From Octopus sinensis (lineage: Eukaryota), in assembly GCF_006345805.1 (NCBI RefSeq), contig NC_042998.1, positions 140,430,001 through 140,494,000 on the forward strand: DNA of 64,000 bases. The letters are read 5' to 3'. Below the pieces are notes generated by a model. It saw nothing but the letters and a program-made list of their open reading frames with translations, searched no databases and was not told the DNA's origin. Shown here piece after piece: positions 51,296-64,000 of this stretch. The first letter of the stretch is position 1; the number at the start of each line of letters is the position of its first letter. Made by a program: the position numbers and the translations under genes.

Positions 51296-52840
51296 GAACA
51301 AGAATGATTTCTGATTTAGACACAAGACCAAAAATTTTGTGGGGAGGGGAAAAAGTTGATACCATTACCCCAAGTACTTGACTGTACTTTATATTATCGA
51401 TTCCGGAGGTATGAAAAAATTAGCTTACTTCGGCGTGATTTAAGCTCAGAACGTAAAGAGCCAGAAAAAATTCTGCATGGCGTTTTGTACGATGCTCCAA
51501 AAGATTCTGCCGTCTAAATTTGAACAATGATATATATACTATGTAGCATTTAACCCGACACGATTCTGCTCATAATTACAGCAACAATAATGGACTGAAA
51601 TTTTGTTTCTATATTTGTATGAGTGGAAGTATTTCTATTGCAATTCAGATCTCGTTTATTTAAAAACTTGTAGACAACCCGGAATATATTTAAATAATTT
51701 GCTAAAATCAAAGCAAAATTTTGAAAACTGAAGATATGAAATATAATTTTGCTTAGTAAAATCATTGGTGAAAAAAACAAAGCAAAACATTAATTTGAAC
51801 TTCTTCAGTAGTTTCGGAGAGATCAGATCTAACTCCCAAACGATCAATCAAGCAAACAAACTGGATAAAACAGTGGCATTTAATTTACTAACGGTTTATG
51901 CTGGTTGGGGTGGAATTGGTGAGGATGATAGCAACAGTGTAGAAAAGATTAGAGAAACAACCACTTAAGATAATCTTTAAAAGATAAATTGCTTTTCTAA
52001 CAATTTTTGCTTTATATATAAAAAAAAATGCAAGAATAAAAATGATAAAAATGATCTCGTTTGAACTAAATATATCTAAATATATAGATCTAACAAATAT
52101 TTTCTATGTAATTTAAATGTAAACTTCTGCCAATAATAACACCAAGGAAAGTCGAAGTTTAAAATTTGCAGAACCATAATTAAATCTTTGTTGGTTTACA
52201 CAATCACTGTAATTACCATACAAGAAAGAACATTATAATTAGAGTCACACGAGACAAAAGAAAGCACAATCGGTCTTTCATTTTAAACATCGTATTTTAA
52301 ATACAAAAAGCATATATTTATTTTATTATCAGCTTCAGATTTATAACAATTGGATTATAAAATTGCGTAACGTTTACGGCTTTTATGAAGGGTTTTAAAC
52401 AAGCGAGCAATCTAAATGGGTTCGTTTCTTTTGGGAACTTATTTCTCACTCTAACGCGGTTCCTTTTGCAAACTCATATTTCTTTTGTCTTCTATTTGTT
52501 TCAGTCATTGGACTGTGGCCATGCTGGGTGGGATGGAGGTGGGGGTGGGGGGATCGCCTTAAAGGGTTCAGTCGAACAAATCGAATCTAGTGTTTAGTTT
52601 TTAAATGTGTGCCACTTATTCTAATCAGACTCTTTAGCTGAGCCGGTAAGTTACGAGGGCGTAATCAAACCAACACCGGTAAAAACACACATACACGCAA
52701 ATATATATATATTATATACACACACAAATATATATATATATGTATATATGTATATATATATATACACACACGCACACAAACCTTTATTCCGTAATATATA
52801 TATATATGTGTGTGTGTGTGTGTATAAATATATATATTGA

Positions 52841-52874
<34 letters not shown>

Positions 52875-52911
52875 CATACATACATACATACATATATACA
52901 TATATATATAC

Positions 52912-53004
<93 letters not shown>

Positions 53005-53209
53005 TATATAATTCATATAAGCGACAGTTTGCAATGATTCACCAAAAACAGAGAATTACAAATGTCACTAAATGTGACTAGGGTGTTAGAAAACACCAAT
53101 ATTGCTAGAAATAAGACCTAAACCGTTCTAATACTGTAGTTAACGAGCATGAATATAAACATATACACTAACAGGGACCATAACCGTTCGAAAAGTGCTG
53201 ATCGAGAAT

Positions 53210-53263
53210 TCTTAAAACTGACGCGTCAGTTTCGATAACTTTCCGCTGCCTCATCAGTTAAGA
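53210..53263 (-). ncRNA. Minimal type I hammerhead motif with palindromic stem III (Penelope-type)
   Basis: Minus strand: tcttaa CTGATGA ggcagcggaaagttatc GAAA ctgacgcgtcag TT ttaaga; canonical core, 6-bp stem I, GUU site, imperfect stem II. Confidence 0.65.
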
Positions 53264-53744
53264 CCGTTCAATTGTTTGGCTCTTTCCAGACTCGCTTCGC
53301 CATTAGTATTAATGTTTTCATCATCCAAATAATTGGATGATTTAGCGATTTGCTTATGTGTATATATAAAATTGTGTTCTGGGATCGATGATATTATTCT
53401 TTCCTTTGAAATTGCTGGTCTTGTGCCAAAATTTGAAATCAATATTTATCACAGGACAAATATCCTCACAAGCACTTCTAAAACCTTTGCAATACTCAGT
53501 CAGAACGCAAATGTACAAGCATTGAGAAACTTGGAAACAAGTCTTTATTAACGATGTACCTCGAAATGAATTCAACTGTAAACAATAGATTGGATTAAAA
53601 TTTCCTTGGACAGCAATAAAGGTAGAAAGCTGCCTTCATTTGGAGATACATCGTTAATAAAAGCTTATTTACACATTTCTCGTAGTTTCTGCATCTGTAT
53701 TATAAATGTAAGCAAATGTTCAGCGGATAAAATTAAAACGACTA

Positions 53745-54269
53745 CAGTAAATCTTCGAGTATAGTCCGCCCTTGAGTATATTACGCAGGGGATTTTTAGA
53801 GGGCTGTACCTCAGGAAAACCTAAACCTTGTGAATAATATGCACCCCTTCACTAACTTGAGTCGTGCGTAATTAAGCCAGCAGCACCTAGTCGAACAAAA
53901 ACTTCCACGCATGCGTAATACAATAATGGTAATGTTCTTAACTGTTATATGGGAATGTAAGTAGGTTTGCAAATTGTTTTTGTTACATGTTATTCTGTGT
54001 TCTGAATACTTTTATTTTAATAAATGTTGCTTACTGCAAGTTATGGATGATTCTTTTATGACTTCATTGCTTTCAGGCTTAACTTAAGGTATTTTCGCGC
54101 CCGACATCACAAAATGCGTCTGAATAAACATTGCCGGACAGCAAATAGAGACTCGGACATTGCTTAGAAAATATTTTTCATTTTTAACCTCGTATATAGT
54201 ACGCACTAGGGATTTTGACCTTTAAATTTTTTTTGGGGGGGAATGCGGATTATATTTGAGGATTTACGG
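53745..54269 (-). mobile_element. TA-flanked MITE (pogo/Tc2-like), copy 2
   Basis: Reverse complement of 39679-40170 with few differences; TIR cagtaaatcttcgagtata / tatatttgaggatttacgg. Confidence 0.85.
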
Positions 54270-54969
54270 TAATATGAAAAGTTGCTTCAGTGTAATTGGT
54301 AGCACACCCGTTTGATTTACAAAAGATGCGTGCTTCGTGTCACGCAGGATGCTTTCCAATTCTTTTTCATCTAAGCGAGATAGTTTATCTGACGTATTAT
54401 ATGCTGTTATCTGTAGCTGAAATTGCTTCGAGTTACATCATTCCTAAAGTATTAGTTACAATACGACAATCGTAAAAGCAAGTTAGTGTAGGTATTTATA
54501 ATGTATAAAGTGGTCTCAGGTCACTGGATTAGAGAAAGATTTGGCTTCAAAGTAAACCTACTCGATAAACTAAGATCCCCTGTGCACAGCATACACACAG
54601 AAAGAAAGAAAAATGTATTCTTTGACAAAATCTTTTGGCCCATACTATCTATCGCAACAGAAATATCTCTTCGAAATACCTTCCTATCAATGTGTGTCAC
54701 TATAGAAATTATTATTTAAAAAATGCTTAACCGTCACCTGGTAGCATGTACTATGCTTTCGTTAATTATTGTAGGTGCCTACGTAATCGCGAGCAGACAT
54801 AAATACTCTCTTGGACTTCCATCTTCGACTCAGCAGGTCACCGACAACGTAATACCTGGAAGCAGAGAGAGGGATAAAGAGAGAGATTGTGTGTGGGGGT
54901 GATAGTGTGTGTGTGTGTAAGAGAGAGAGAGGAAGTGTGTGTGAGTGTGTGTGAGTAAGAGAGAGAGAG

Positions 54970-55120
54970 AGAGAGAGAGCTGCATCACTTTCGGTTGAGT
55001 ACTCAAAAGCAGTGGGAAATTATGTACCTTGCTCAAGGACATAACATATCACCCGGTCTTGGAATCGAACCTACAACATTAAGATTATGAATCCAGCACA
55101 ATAACCGCTGAGCCATCCGC
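54970..55120 (-). mobile_element. tRNA-SINE head fragment (family C-like)
   Basis: ccttgctcaaggacataac..ggaatcgaacc..accgctgagccatccgcc. Confidence 0.5.
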
Positions 55121-55847
55121 CTTTTGATATATAAAAACAGTTTCAATTTAACTTCACTTTTTTGTGTACAGTTTGTGTGTTTTAGAGAATCAAGAACTGG
55201 AACCCTGATCTTCCATATTGGAAGTGGAATTTTTTATTGAAACAGGGATTTACGACTCAGATTAAAAGTAGTTATGTGTTTTGTAATGCTTTAGAATCTG
55301 TAATGCAACTTAAGCTTGAACTCTTGACCCTCTCAGGCCTGGGCACTTGTGTTTAATTTTACTCTCCACCAGGGCTCCCCAGCAAAATAAATAGATAAAT
55401 AGTTGCATATACAGCTCAAGAGTAACAGTTGCAGGTGAATCAACAGAATCAGGTGCAGCTTTTCTTTCTACGTGTCTTATTCATTGCCGCTTTATCTGGA
55501 ATCCGGCAGAGAATATCTTTAACCTATTAATGCTATAGCGGGAATATGACCTGACAGGAGTAACCATGATTTTGAAATTTTTAAACTGCAATGAAAAATT
55601 AATACACAAACCTTTAGAAAATATCAAATAACGATGTCACTATATCATGTAGTTTTAGGTAAAGTCGTTTAGAGCATCGGATAGATTGTTTTGCGAGTAA
55701 TCGTTCCGGCTCTCCATGTTCTGAGTTCAAATCCCTACGAGGTCAACTTTGCGTTTCATTCTTTCGAGAGTTGATGCATAAAGTAACAGTGCTCTATTGA
55801 GGTAGATTTCACCTCTGTCTCTGACATCCTTTCTGTCTCTCCTTCAG

Positions 55848-55888
55848 GAAGAAAATTACTGTGGTCAGATATAGAGAGTATCTGCAAG
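55848..55888 (+). CDS. Candidate host-gene exon C (41 nt)
   Basis: Strong acceptor tcctttctgtctctccttcag, donor AAG|gtaaaa; KKITVVRYREYLQ (or RKLLWSDIESICK in the other open frame). Confidence 0.5.
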
Positions 55889-56730
55889 GTAAAAGAAAAA
55901 AGAAAAAAAAGACACACCGTGTGTCACGACGGTGCTCCTCTGACTTCATCAAAGAGCTAAGGGTCGTTTGCATGGTATGGCATGGTGAGATTGTCGTTCT
56001 CCGGATTCTCAAACAAGGAAAAAACCTAAGCATAGACATATAATCAAAGATATTTATCACTAAACATTATTAAATCACAGTGTTTTTGTGACTTGGTGAG
56101 TTTCTTTGTAGTGCGACATGTAATTTTAACAATAAGAAACGGATAATAAATAAATAAATGAATAAATAAATAAACGAATACATGAATAAATAAATAAACT
56201 TGTGAATTACTCTTTGTATTTACCTACATCAGAGGGAAAGACGAAAGTAACACTGAAAAACAAAAAAACGGACCGACATAAATTATCTTCATTTTTAACG
56301 CCCTCCAGTTATGTTCAGCTTCACACAGAAGCAGTGTTACAAAGGCCTTTAAAACACACCAACAGAAGAATCTGTGAAGGCGGGAAGAACGACACAATCC
56401 TTACCGGTTTTCTCGGTTTCGTTTCCTTTTACGCACGTTGTTATCGTAGCAGATAGTCTTTAATTATGCTAGTTTTTCGTCGAGGAAAAGCCCTAAAAAC
56501 AGTTGTAATTAAAAAATACATAAAAAAAAGGAAAGAAAACGGAATAAAGAAAAAGGACTTATTTCAAAGTAAACGTGAATTAGATATAAAAAAAAGAATT
56601 ATTATTAATTCTATTTCAAATTAAGATTCAGCCATCAAACAGTAACCGGATATCCGGTGTGTAAAGTCTAACCGCCTTTAGATGTGTAATTATGTCATTT
56701 TTTTTTCTCTCTCTCCCTTTCTCTTTTCAG

Positions 56731-56783
56731 CCTGCAATGTCGTTTCCTGTGTCTTTTCACACAATATCGTATCCGCCAAATCT
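56731..56783 (+). CDS. Candidate host-gene exon D (53 nt)
   Basis: Very strong acceptor ttttttctctctctccctttctcttttcag, donor gtaagc; (A)CNVVSCVFSHNIVSAKS. Confidence 0.5.
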
Positions 56784-56895
56784 GTAAGCCATTCTCCTGA
56801 AATATTTCTGTAGGAAGCTCATTGGGAATGTTTCATATTTTCATGCCTGTGTTTATTATTTATTTCCTATTATTATCAAGATTAATATTATTATG

Positions 56896-56929
<34 letters not shown>

Positions 56930-56989
56930 TTCATCATCATCATCATCATCATCACCATCACCATCATAACCATCATCATTATTTTTATC

Positions 56990-57205
56990 AAGGCGGTGAG
57001 CTGGCAGAATCGTTAGCACGCCGGGTAAAATACTTAGCGGCATTTCGTGTGTCTTTACGTTCTGAGTTCAAATTCTGCCGAGATGAACTTTGCCTTTCAT
57101 CCTTTCGGGGCCGATGAAATAAGTGCCAGTTGAATACTGGCGCCGATGTAATCGACTAGAGCTCTCCCACCAAATTTCAGGCCTTGGGCCTATAGCCGAA
57201 AAGAT
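56990..57205 (+). mobile_element. SINE family B ending in (CTA)n/(TTA)n
   Basis: aggcggtgagctggcagaatcgttagcacgccgg..ggccttgggcctatagccgaaaagatt. Confidence 0.8.
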
Positions 57206-57344
<139 letters not shown>

Positions 57345-57345
57345 T

Positions 57346-60300
57346 ATTGTCTTTGCACACATTCTATCGCTGGAGATGTGCTACAGTGCCAGCTGTTCAC
57401 TACCAGTGAAATAAGGTAACACCTCCTATTTCTCGAGCACCATCCTGAGTATTCGAGCGGTTGCAAGCAGTACTGTTTTCCGCAAGTGCTCCACCCTTAT
57501 TGCAGCCCCTATTTGTTTTATGTACTTCTCGAGATTTTTACTCACTGTTCCCAGGCCTCCGACAATTACTGGTACTGTTACCACCTTTTTCATCGACCAC
57601 AACTGCTTAACCACCCAAGCTAACCTGTCATATCTATCGACTTTCCTTTCTTCCTTATCGTATACCTTATTGTCAGCTGGGCATGCTACATCTATGATCC
57701 AGCATCGTTTGATAGTTTTTCTCAATCAAGATTATATCCGGCTTCCTATTCTCTATCTCATGGTCGCACTGAATCATAAAATCGCATAGGATCTTTGCAT
57801 TTCTATTTTCGACAATGCCTTCGGGTTTGTGGTCGAACCAATTTTTTGCTCTGTCAAGTTCATACTTGTTGCAACGTGTCTAATGCACAATCCTTGATAT
57901 ATTGTCATGACGTCTCTTATGTTCGTTCTGAGCTAGTGGCGTACATTGACTGGTAATATGCCATACTGTTTCACCATTTTGTCCACAAATTCTGCACTTA
58001 TCACTTTCTGCTGTGTTGTTTATTCTGTATTTGATGTAATTCTTTCTTCGTGCTTGCTCTTGGGCAGCAGAGATTAGAGCCTCCGTTTCCGGTTTTAAAT
58101 CACTTTTAGTCATCCATAGCCATCTTTTTTCTCTATCTGTCTTATATTCAACATCCCAATGAAATTGTCCATGCATTCTTTTCTTTATCCACCCATTTTC
58201 AGTTTCATTCATTCTCAACTATTTGTACATTGCTTTATCTTTACAATCTTCCATCCTACACAAACCTGACCTTCTTACTTCCAGTAATAGTGGTTCTGTA
58301 GCATTTTTTACATACCATACTATGTGGGTTTTCTTCTGCTCTAGCGTTCTGCTCTAACGTTCTGCTCTAACGTTCAGCTCTATGTTCGCATCCAATCAGT
58401 CCTCTTCCCCCTCTTTTTCTTGGTACATGCAGTCTATCTGTGTCACTTTTTGGGTGGAGTATCCCATATCTAGTTGGCAACTTCCTTGTCTTTCTGTCTA
58501 AGCTGTTTAGATCGTCTAGTGCCCATGCGATTACCCCTGATCCATATCTAAAGAGTGAAACCGCCCATGTGTTGATAGCTTCAATCTTATTCCGTCCGTT
58601 TAATTTCGACTTAAGGATCAATCTCGGTTTGCGCAAGTATTCCACCTTAAATTTTTCTGTCATTTCTCTCTACATCAGTTCATCCATTTCCAATATCCCC
58701 AAGTACTTATAGCCCGTCTCTTCTATCTGCTTCATAACTTTCCTCGATGGTATCGCTAGCCCGTCCATACATTTTATTTTGTCTCTCTTCAAGACTAACA
58801 CACCACACTTTTTTTCAGTCCGAACTCCATTCTGATATCAGCACTGAAAGTATACACCGTATCAACGAGGGAACTGACTTGGGATTCATCTTTACCATAA
58901 AGTTTGAGGTCATCCATGAATAAAAAGTGGTTGACTTTTTGTTGGCGGCTTTTGAATACATACCCAGCCTTAGCTTTCCTCGGAATTAGTGTTAGTGATA
59001 TCATGTACAGTACAAAGATCAGTGGGAACAGGCAGTCCCCTTGGAAGATGTCTCTCCTGACTTCTATTGTCCCTAAACTTCTTCCATGTGCTTTCAGTTC
59101 CGACCTCCACTTCGCCATACTTTTTCTAAGCAATTGCTCAACATTCGATGCAATATCAAATAGGTTCATACATTCCATAATCTAAGAATGTGGTATCATA
59201 TCGTACGCCTTGCGATAGTCGAGCCATGACATGGCTGAGTTAGCTTTCCTCCTCTTGCAGTCTTTAAATACAGTTTTGTCTACCAGGAGTTGATCCTTGG
59301 TACCTCTGCACTTACGATTGCAACCCTTCTGCTCGTGTGACAGGACTCTATTTTTTCCCCAGATGTCGTACATTGACTCTGCAACTATTCCAGTCAATAA
59401 TTTCCACGTAAGTTGCAAGCTGGATATCGGCCTGTAATTGCTTTCGATGTGTTTCAAGCACAGCACTGTTCAACCCATTGTCAACCACTCTGGTGTTACT
59501 TGGTTGGCATTTAACAAGGTGTTGAGTTGCACAGCCATTCGTGCATGACATTCACTAAATCTTTTGATCCAGTAGCCTTGAACTCCACTGGTCCCGGGAC
59601 CTTCCAGTAGCCCATTTTTTTTTTTTTTTTTGCTGATTTCCTTCACTTCCCTAACTGAAATGACTAGTTTTGCCTGTTTTGGACACACTACTGTTTGTTT
59701 CAGTTCTTGCAACCATTCAGCATTCTTCTTGTGGTCCTTGTCTTTGCTCCAGATGTCACTCCAAAACCTTTGATTTTCAATGTTATCTGGTATCAACTTT
59801 TCATCTGTACACTATCCGTTTATTTCTTTATAGAATCTCTTCTGATCTACTCTTAATAACCTATTCTGGTGGTAACCCTTCATTCTTTGGTCGTATCTTA
59901 CCATCTTTGCTTTCTTTGCAACGAGGCGCTGTTTCAGTTTCTCTATTACCACTTTCAGGACCTTTCTTTCAATATTACATTTCCTGTTCAGTATTTTTGT
60001 TCGCTTTTAAGCTCCACTTTTCTTTTCAGTTAACACAGAAATGTCTTTCGAGAGCATATCCATCCCCGCCTGTATTCTTCTTTTCCACCATGGATCTTTT
60101 CTTTTGCCACTCCCATTATATTTCTTTTTCTTGACATCGACATTCACATTTTCTGCTACAACAATAGTTGCTGCCTTGATCGAATTATTTGTTTCTGTGA
60201 TGTTTTTTTGTTGTGATGCATTTCAGAATTTCATTGACATTTTTCGTTTCTTGGTTCAATTTCCACCGATCAACTTTTTTAAGGTTGCAAATAATGTCGA

Positions 60301-60900
60301 TATTGTTCTCCTGCAGCCTTGCCTTTATTCTGTCGTAGACTGCCTTTTACCCATCTGTCATATCACCATTAGTTTTATTATCTTCTTCCAAACCATCTAT
60401 AGTCTTTCATCGAGCAAACTATCACTGTTACTTTCCTGTGGTTTATTAGAGATCTCACCTCCGTTTTCTGCTATGAGATTACTTTTATCAGTAGGAACTG
60501 TATTTTCATCGTTTCCTCTGCTGCTGTTTTCCAATACCCGTCTTTTGATAGCTTCGAGCTCTACTTCTGTGAATCAACGATTTTTTTTTCGTATTGCTCT
60601 AGCTTGATCACATAATATCTGTTCCGTAAGTTGAAACGATCCTCTTTCTCTCTATTGATCACACATACGTTGTCGGTATCCCATAATTTGAACACTATTT
60701 TTGTCTACGGGGTTGATCAAGTAGTAACACTCCATGACCACAGCATTGATTTGTTTGTTCCATCTACCCCGTGTGTGCTGGTCCCTTGCTGGATAACGAC
60801 AGGCTAGAGTTGGACCAGTCTCACTGAGCCCGCCGGGTGTAACACTATCACCACCAAGGGCTTCAATTTCATTAACCACCGTTATTCACAATATTTTGTT
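57346..60900 (-). mobile_element. Near full-length R4/Dong-clade non-LTR retrotransposon, degenerate
   Basis: RWNKQINAVVMECYY; NYRPIS..EQKG..GTKDQLL..WLDYRKAYDMIPH; IFQGDCL; HFLFMDDLKLY; CRICGQNGETVWHITSQC..RRHD; IIDVACP..PVIVGGLGTV; 3' end runs into (TAA)n; 5' boundary approximate. Confidence 0.9.
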
Positions 60901-61719
60901 TTTTCATTGTCACTCATATAAGGTAGCGATTATCAGGTTGCGCAATTACCAGTATTTTTATTGTAACACCACCACTAGATGTATCATCAATCAGAGCATA
61001 GGATGATTCCAGCCGCTTCCTTTCTTTATTATTATTATCATCACTGATATTTTTTATTTTTTTACTACTATTTGTCATTGTTAATATTTCCTCTGATCCG
61101 ACATGAGCTTTGGCCAAATTATTATTATTATCATCGTCACCATTATAACCAACCTGTGTAACAACGCAAGGAGATTCAAAGATATTAGCAAATATTCGCT
61201 ACTTATTGATAAATTGTTGGGGGAGAAACTGTAGAAAGCTTTGAAGCCAAACCAGTAAATAAAATTATGACATGCTATGAAGACGAAGCAGGTCCTTAGG
61301 AATTAATACAGAAGATAGAATATATTTTTAATATTTTATGGAATGAGTTCTTAAGAATTATTTAAGGGTTCAATATACGTCTAAATTGAATTCATGGTAT
61401 CATATTTAGGGCAGTGTTTTCCAAAATGTGCCCCGAAGAACTCCAAGCTTCTGTGAGAAAATTCTAGGGTTCCTCACGGTAAAGTACTTCTAAATAAAAC
61501 TTACTAAAGATTTATGCTATTCACCATTTTCAAAGTAATAATTTATGGTGTTTGCTTTATCACTAGCCGTGTGACCAAGTGCTCAATTGAAATGAATACC
61601 TTCCGAGAGCTAGTGTGTATGACCCTGTCTCCCTCCAGCTGTCATATCGTGTACGCTTTACAGGGTCATGGACAGAAGGACCGAGAGGACGACTATATAT
61701 ACACATGACTACAGTAAAA

Positions 61720-61850
61720 ATAATTACATGTTTCCCAACCAATCCCATTCTGAGGTAGCGAGTTTCTTCTATAGCCCTAGGTCTATCAAAGCCTAGTGAG
61801 GGGATGTGGTAAGTGGAAACTTTAAAAAGCTCGTCATGTGTGTGTGTGAG

Positions 61851-61927
<77 letters not shown>

Positions 61928-62205
61928 GTGTGTGTACCCTTGTCTTGACATTATGTGATGATTGCAAACGAGCATCACTGTCATACAAATGATGTTCGTT
62001 TCCAGTCTTCCATGGGAAACATGTCTGGCCATGTGGGAAATATTACCTTGCTTGAAAACAGGTGAAGTTTGGTGACAAGAAGTAGAGAATCTGTCTCGAC
62101 AAATTTCGCCTGACCCATGCAAGCATAGAAAAGTGGACATTAAACGACGACGACGACGACGATGATGATGATGATGATGATGATGATGATCGTGGTGGTG
62201 ATGAT
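61720..62205 (+). mobile_element. SINE family A 5' half joined to a different tail ending in (GAC)n(GAT)n
   Basis: tcttctatagccc..caaagcc..ggaaac..(TG)n, then a non-A tail ending ccatgcaagcatagaaaagtggacattaaacgacgacg. Confidence 0.55.
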
Positions 62206-63397
62206 GATAGCGTGTTAATAAAAGAGGAAGGAAAATAAAAAAAAGGTTATTTTGTAAGATATTGCAAAGATAAGTTACATACTTATAGGAGCGGTAGCAA
62301 TTAAGTGAAGACAAATAATATTGAAGAATAGAAACAATAGAAGCGGAAATAGTGTGCGTATGTATATGCGTTTTCCGGCGCATGCGCGTGTTGGGGGAAG
62401 GTTTTTTTTTTACTGATAACTCACTGAACACACAAAGCTGAAATATTATCCATGAATGCATGTGACACACGTCTAAGAACAAGTTCACTTTCAAATCCTG
62501 TGTACCCTGGCCATAGATCCAACTTCTGTTGTTTTATTTAGCCCCAATTGGGGCCTTTGACAGGTACCACCGCCTTAACAAGAGCGGATCTGGTAGCAGT
62601 GTAATTTCATTAATTTCATACTGTCCAAATCTCCTTAACTCTCGAACTGTAACCTCTTTAGTGAATGCTGTTCAATGACTACACAGTAAGCATTATTAAA
62701 GCATTCAAACGTCTTTTAAACTTAGTTTGTTTCTTTTTTTTGTTGTTGTTGTTGTTGTTTTGTTTTCACTTTTAAGTCTTTCTGAAGGGAAATTGCGGCT
62801 ATGTAAATTACGCTGTCTTTATATGAAACAAGAATTTCGTACATACAACTGAAAATATTCTTGCAGAATCAAGACAGACATCAAATGAATTGCGTGTCGA
62901 AACCTGATAGAATTCTATAGATATATTATAATTTCTTTAGTTTGTTTATTCATATGTCTAGACTAATTTATATAATATTTTTTTAATGTTGCAGTAGTCG
63001 ATATATTATATCACAATTTATGAACAATAACGCTGCTGGTAATAGGCTTCCAACAGGCCAGTCACTGCTTAACTACATTTCTAATGGCGAGAGTGATGAT
63101 AGAATCTTGTAACTTAGTGCAAAAGACTAAGTTTTTTGAGTGTGTATGCTTACAGACTTCACCAGGATACATTAAAACACACACACACACATGCATATTA
63201 AACGAGTGAGTGAACAAACGAAAGAAAGTGCTAACTCAACACATTTGGTAGGAGTTACATATTTTCTTTTATTACAGTTTGACTCAGCTCCACATGACTT
63301 GAAGTTTCGTGAACGCTTAGGTTACCTTTCATCTCATCAGATGCTTCTAGCACGAAACTTGCAGATATATCGAGCTGAGTCAAATTGTTTTGTGTGC

Positions 63398-63501
<104 letters not shown>

Positions 63502-63766
63502 ATGTATGTATGTATTATGTAGGAAAATAAAATGCATCCGGTTGAGAGGCTAGCGCTCGGGAGCTTTGAGAAGTATGAAATTAGGTCTTGGTTACCTCTG
63601 CTTTCTAGCCCGAGGTCACTAACTGCTTTCTAACCGAGGGTGATACTACGTCAAATGCCCTCGATTAGGGTCAAATAAAACAGCAGATGTTCCTGTGATA
63701 AAGACACACAAGATTCACTGTGTAAGTATGCCCTGGTATTACTTAAAAAAGTTCTCTTGATTACAG

Positions 63767-63794
63767 ATAATAACACAGGTGCTGTACCTCAAAG
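63767..63794 (+). CDS. Candidate host-gene exon E (28 nt)
   Basis: Acceptor gttctcttgattacag, strong donor AAG|gtaagc; IITQVLYLK in frame with exon D. Confidence 0.4.
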
Positions 63795-63862
63795 GTAAGC
63801 GCAGGAGAATAAAATTGCTCTGTGTAAACTATAAGTAAAATGGTAGAAGGCAACATGTATAT

Positions 63863-63919
<57 letters not shown>

Positions 63920-63920
<1 letters not shown>

Positions 63921-64000
63921 GGGAGGGCGTACTGAAAGCTTCCTGCCTTTGGATAAAGGAAAATACAACAGGATCAGTTAAACAAATTCCCCTCTCAGAT
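63920..64000. mobile_element. Terminus of a mariner-derived MITE (family of 17197-17396), cut by window edge
   Basis: gggagggcgtactgaaagcttcctgcctttggataaaggaaaatacaacagg matches the reverse complement of 17345-17396; follows (TA)n. Confidence 0.65.

Noticed and set aside
56731-56760. ACNVVSCV resembling CGRP/calcitonin ACNTATCV
   Set aside because: Only 8 residues, no preceding dibasic site, and the reading frame itself is unverified
63311-63347. CTGATGA-GAT-GAAA on the minus strand as a hammerhead
   Set aside because: No stem II and only a bulged stem I; compatible with chance

Overview
Eukaryotic, very repeat-rich, AT-rich DNA with dense microsatellites and one 100-N gap. The SINE complement resembles octopus (cephalopod) SINE families; this species assignment is inference. 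Nearly all listed ORFs are microsatellite artefacts. Real coding signal is mostly decayed transposons: two R4/Dong-type RLE non-LTR elements abutting (TAA)n, a full-length mariner, a TAA-flanked Chapaev3-like element, Tc1, Tx1/L1, CR1/L2 and RTE fragments, plus several MITE families and at least three tRNA-derived SINE families. Five tiny candidate + strand exons (5590, 17785, 55848, 56731, 63767) splice into one open frame, suggesting the window is mostly intron of an unidentified gene. The most notable signal is a set of self-cleaving ribozyme motifs. The best is a 243-nt structured element present twice (20147-20389 and 11573-11815, opposite strands) carrying a type I hammerhead with compensatory base changes (retrozyme/Penelope-like). 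There are also two minimal hammerheads with palindromic stem III and a tentative HDV-like fold. Boundaries of degenerate repeats are approximate.
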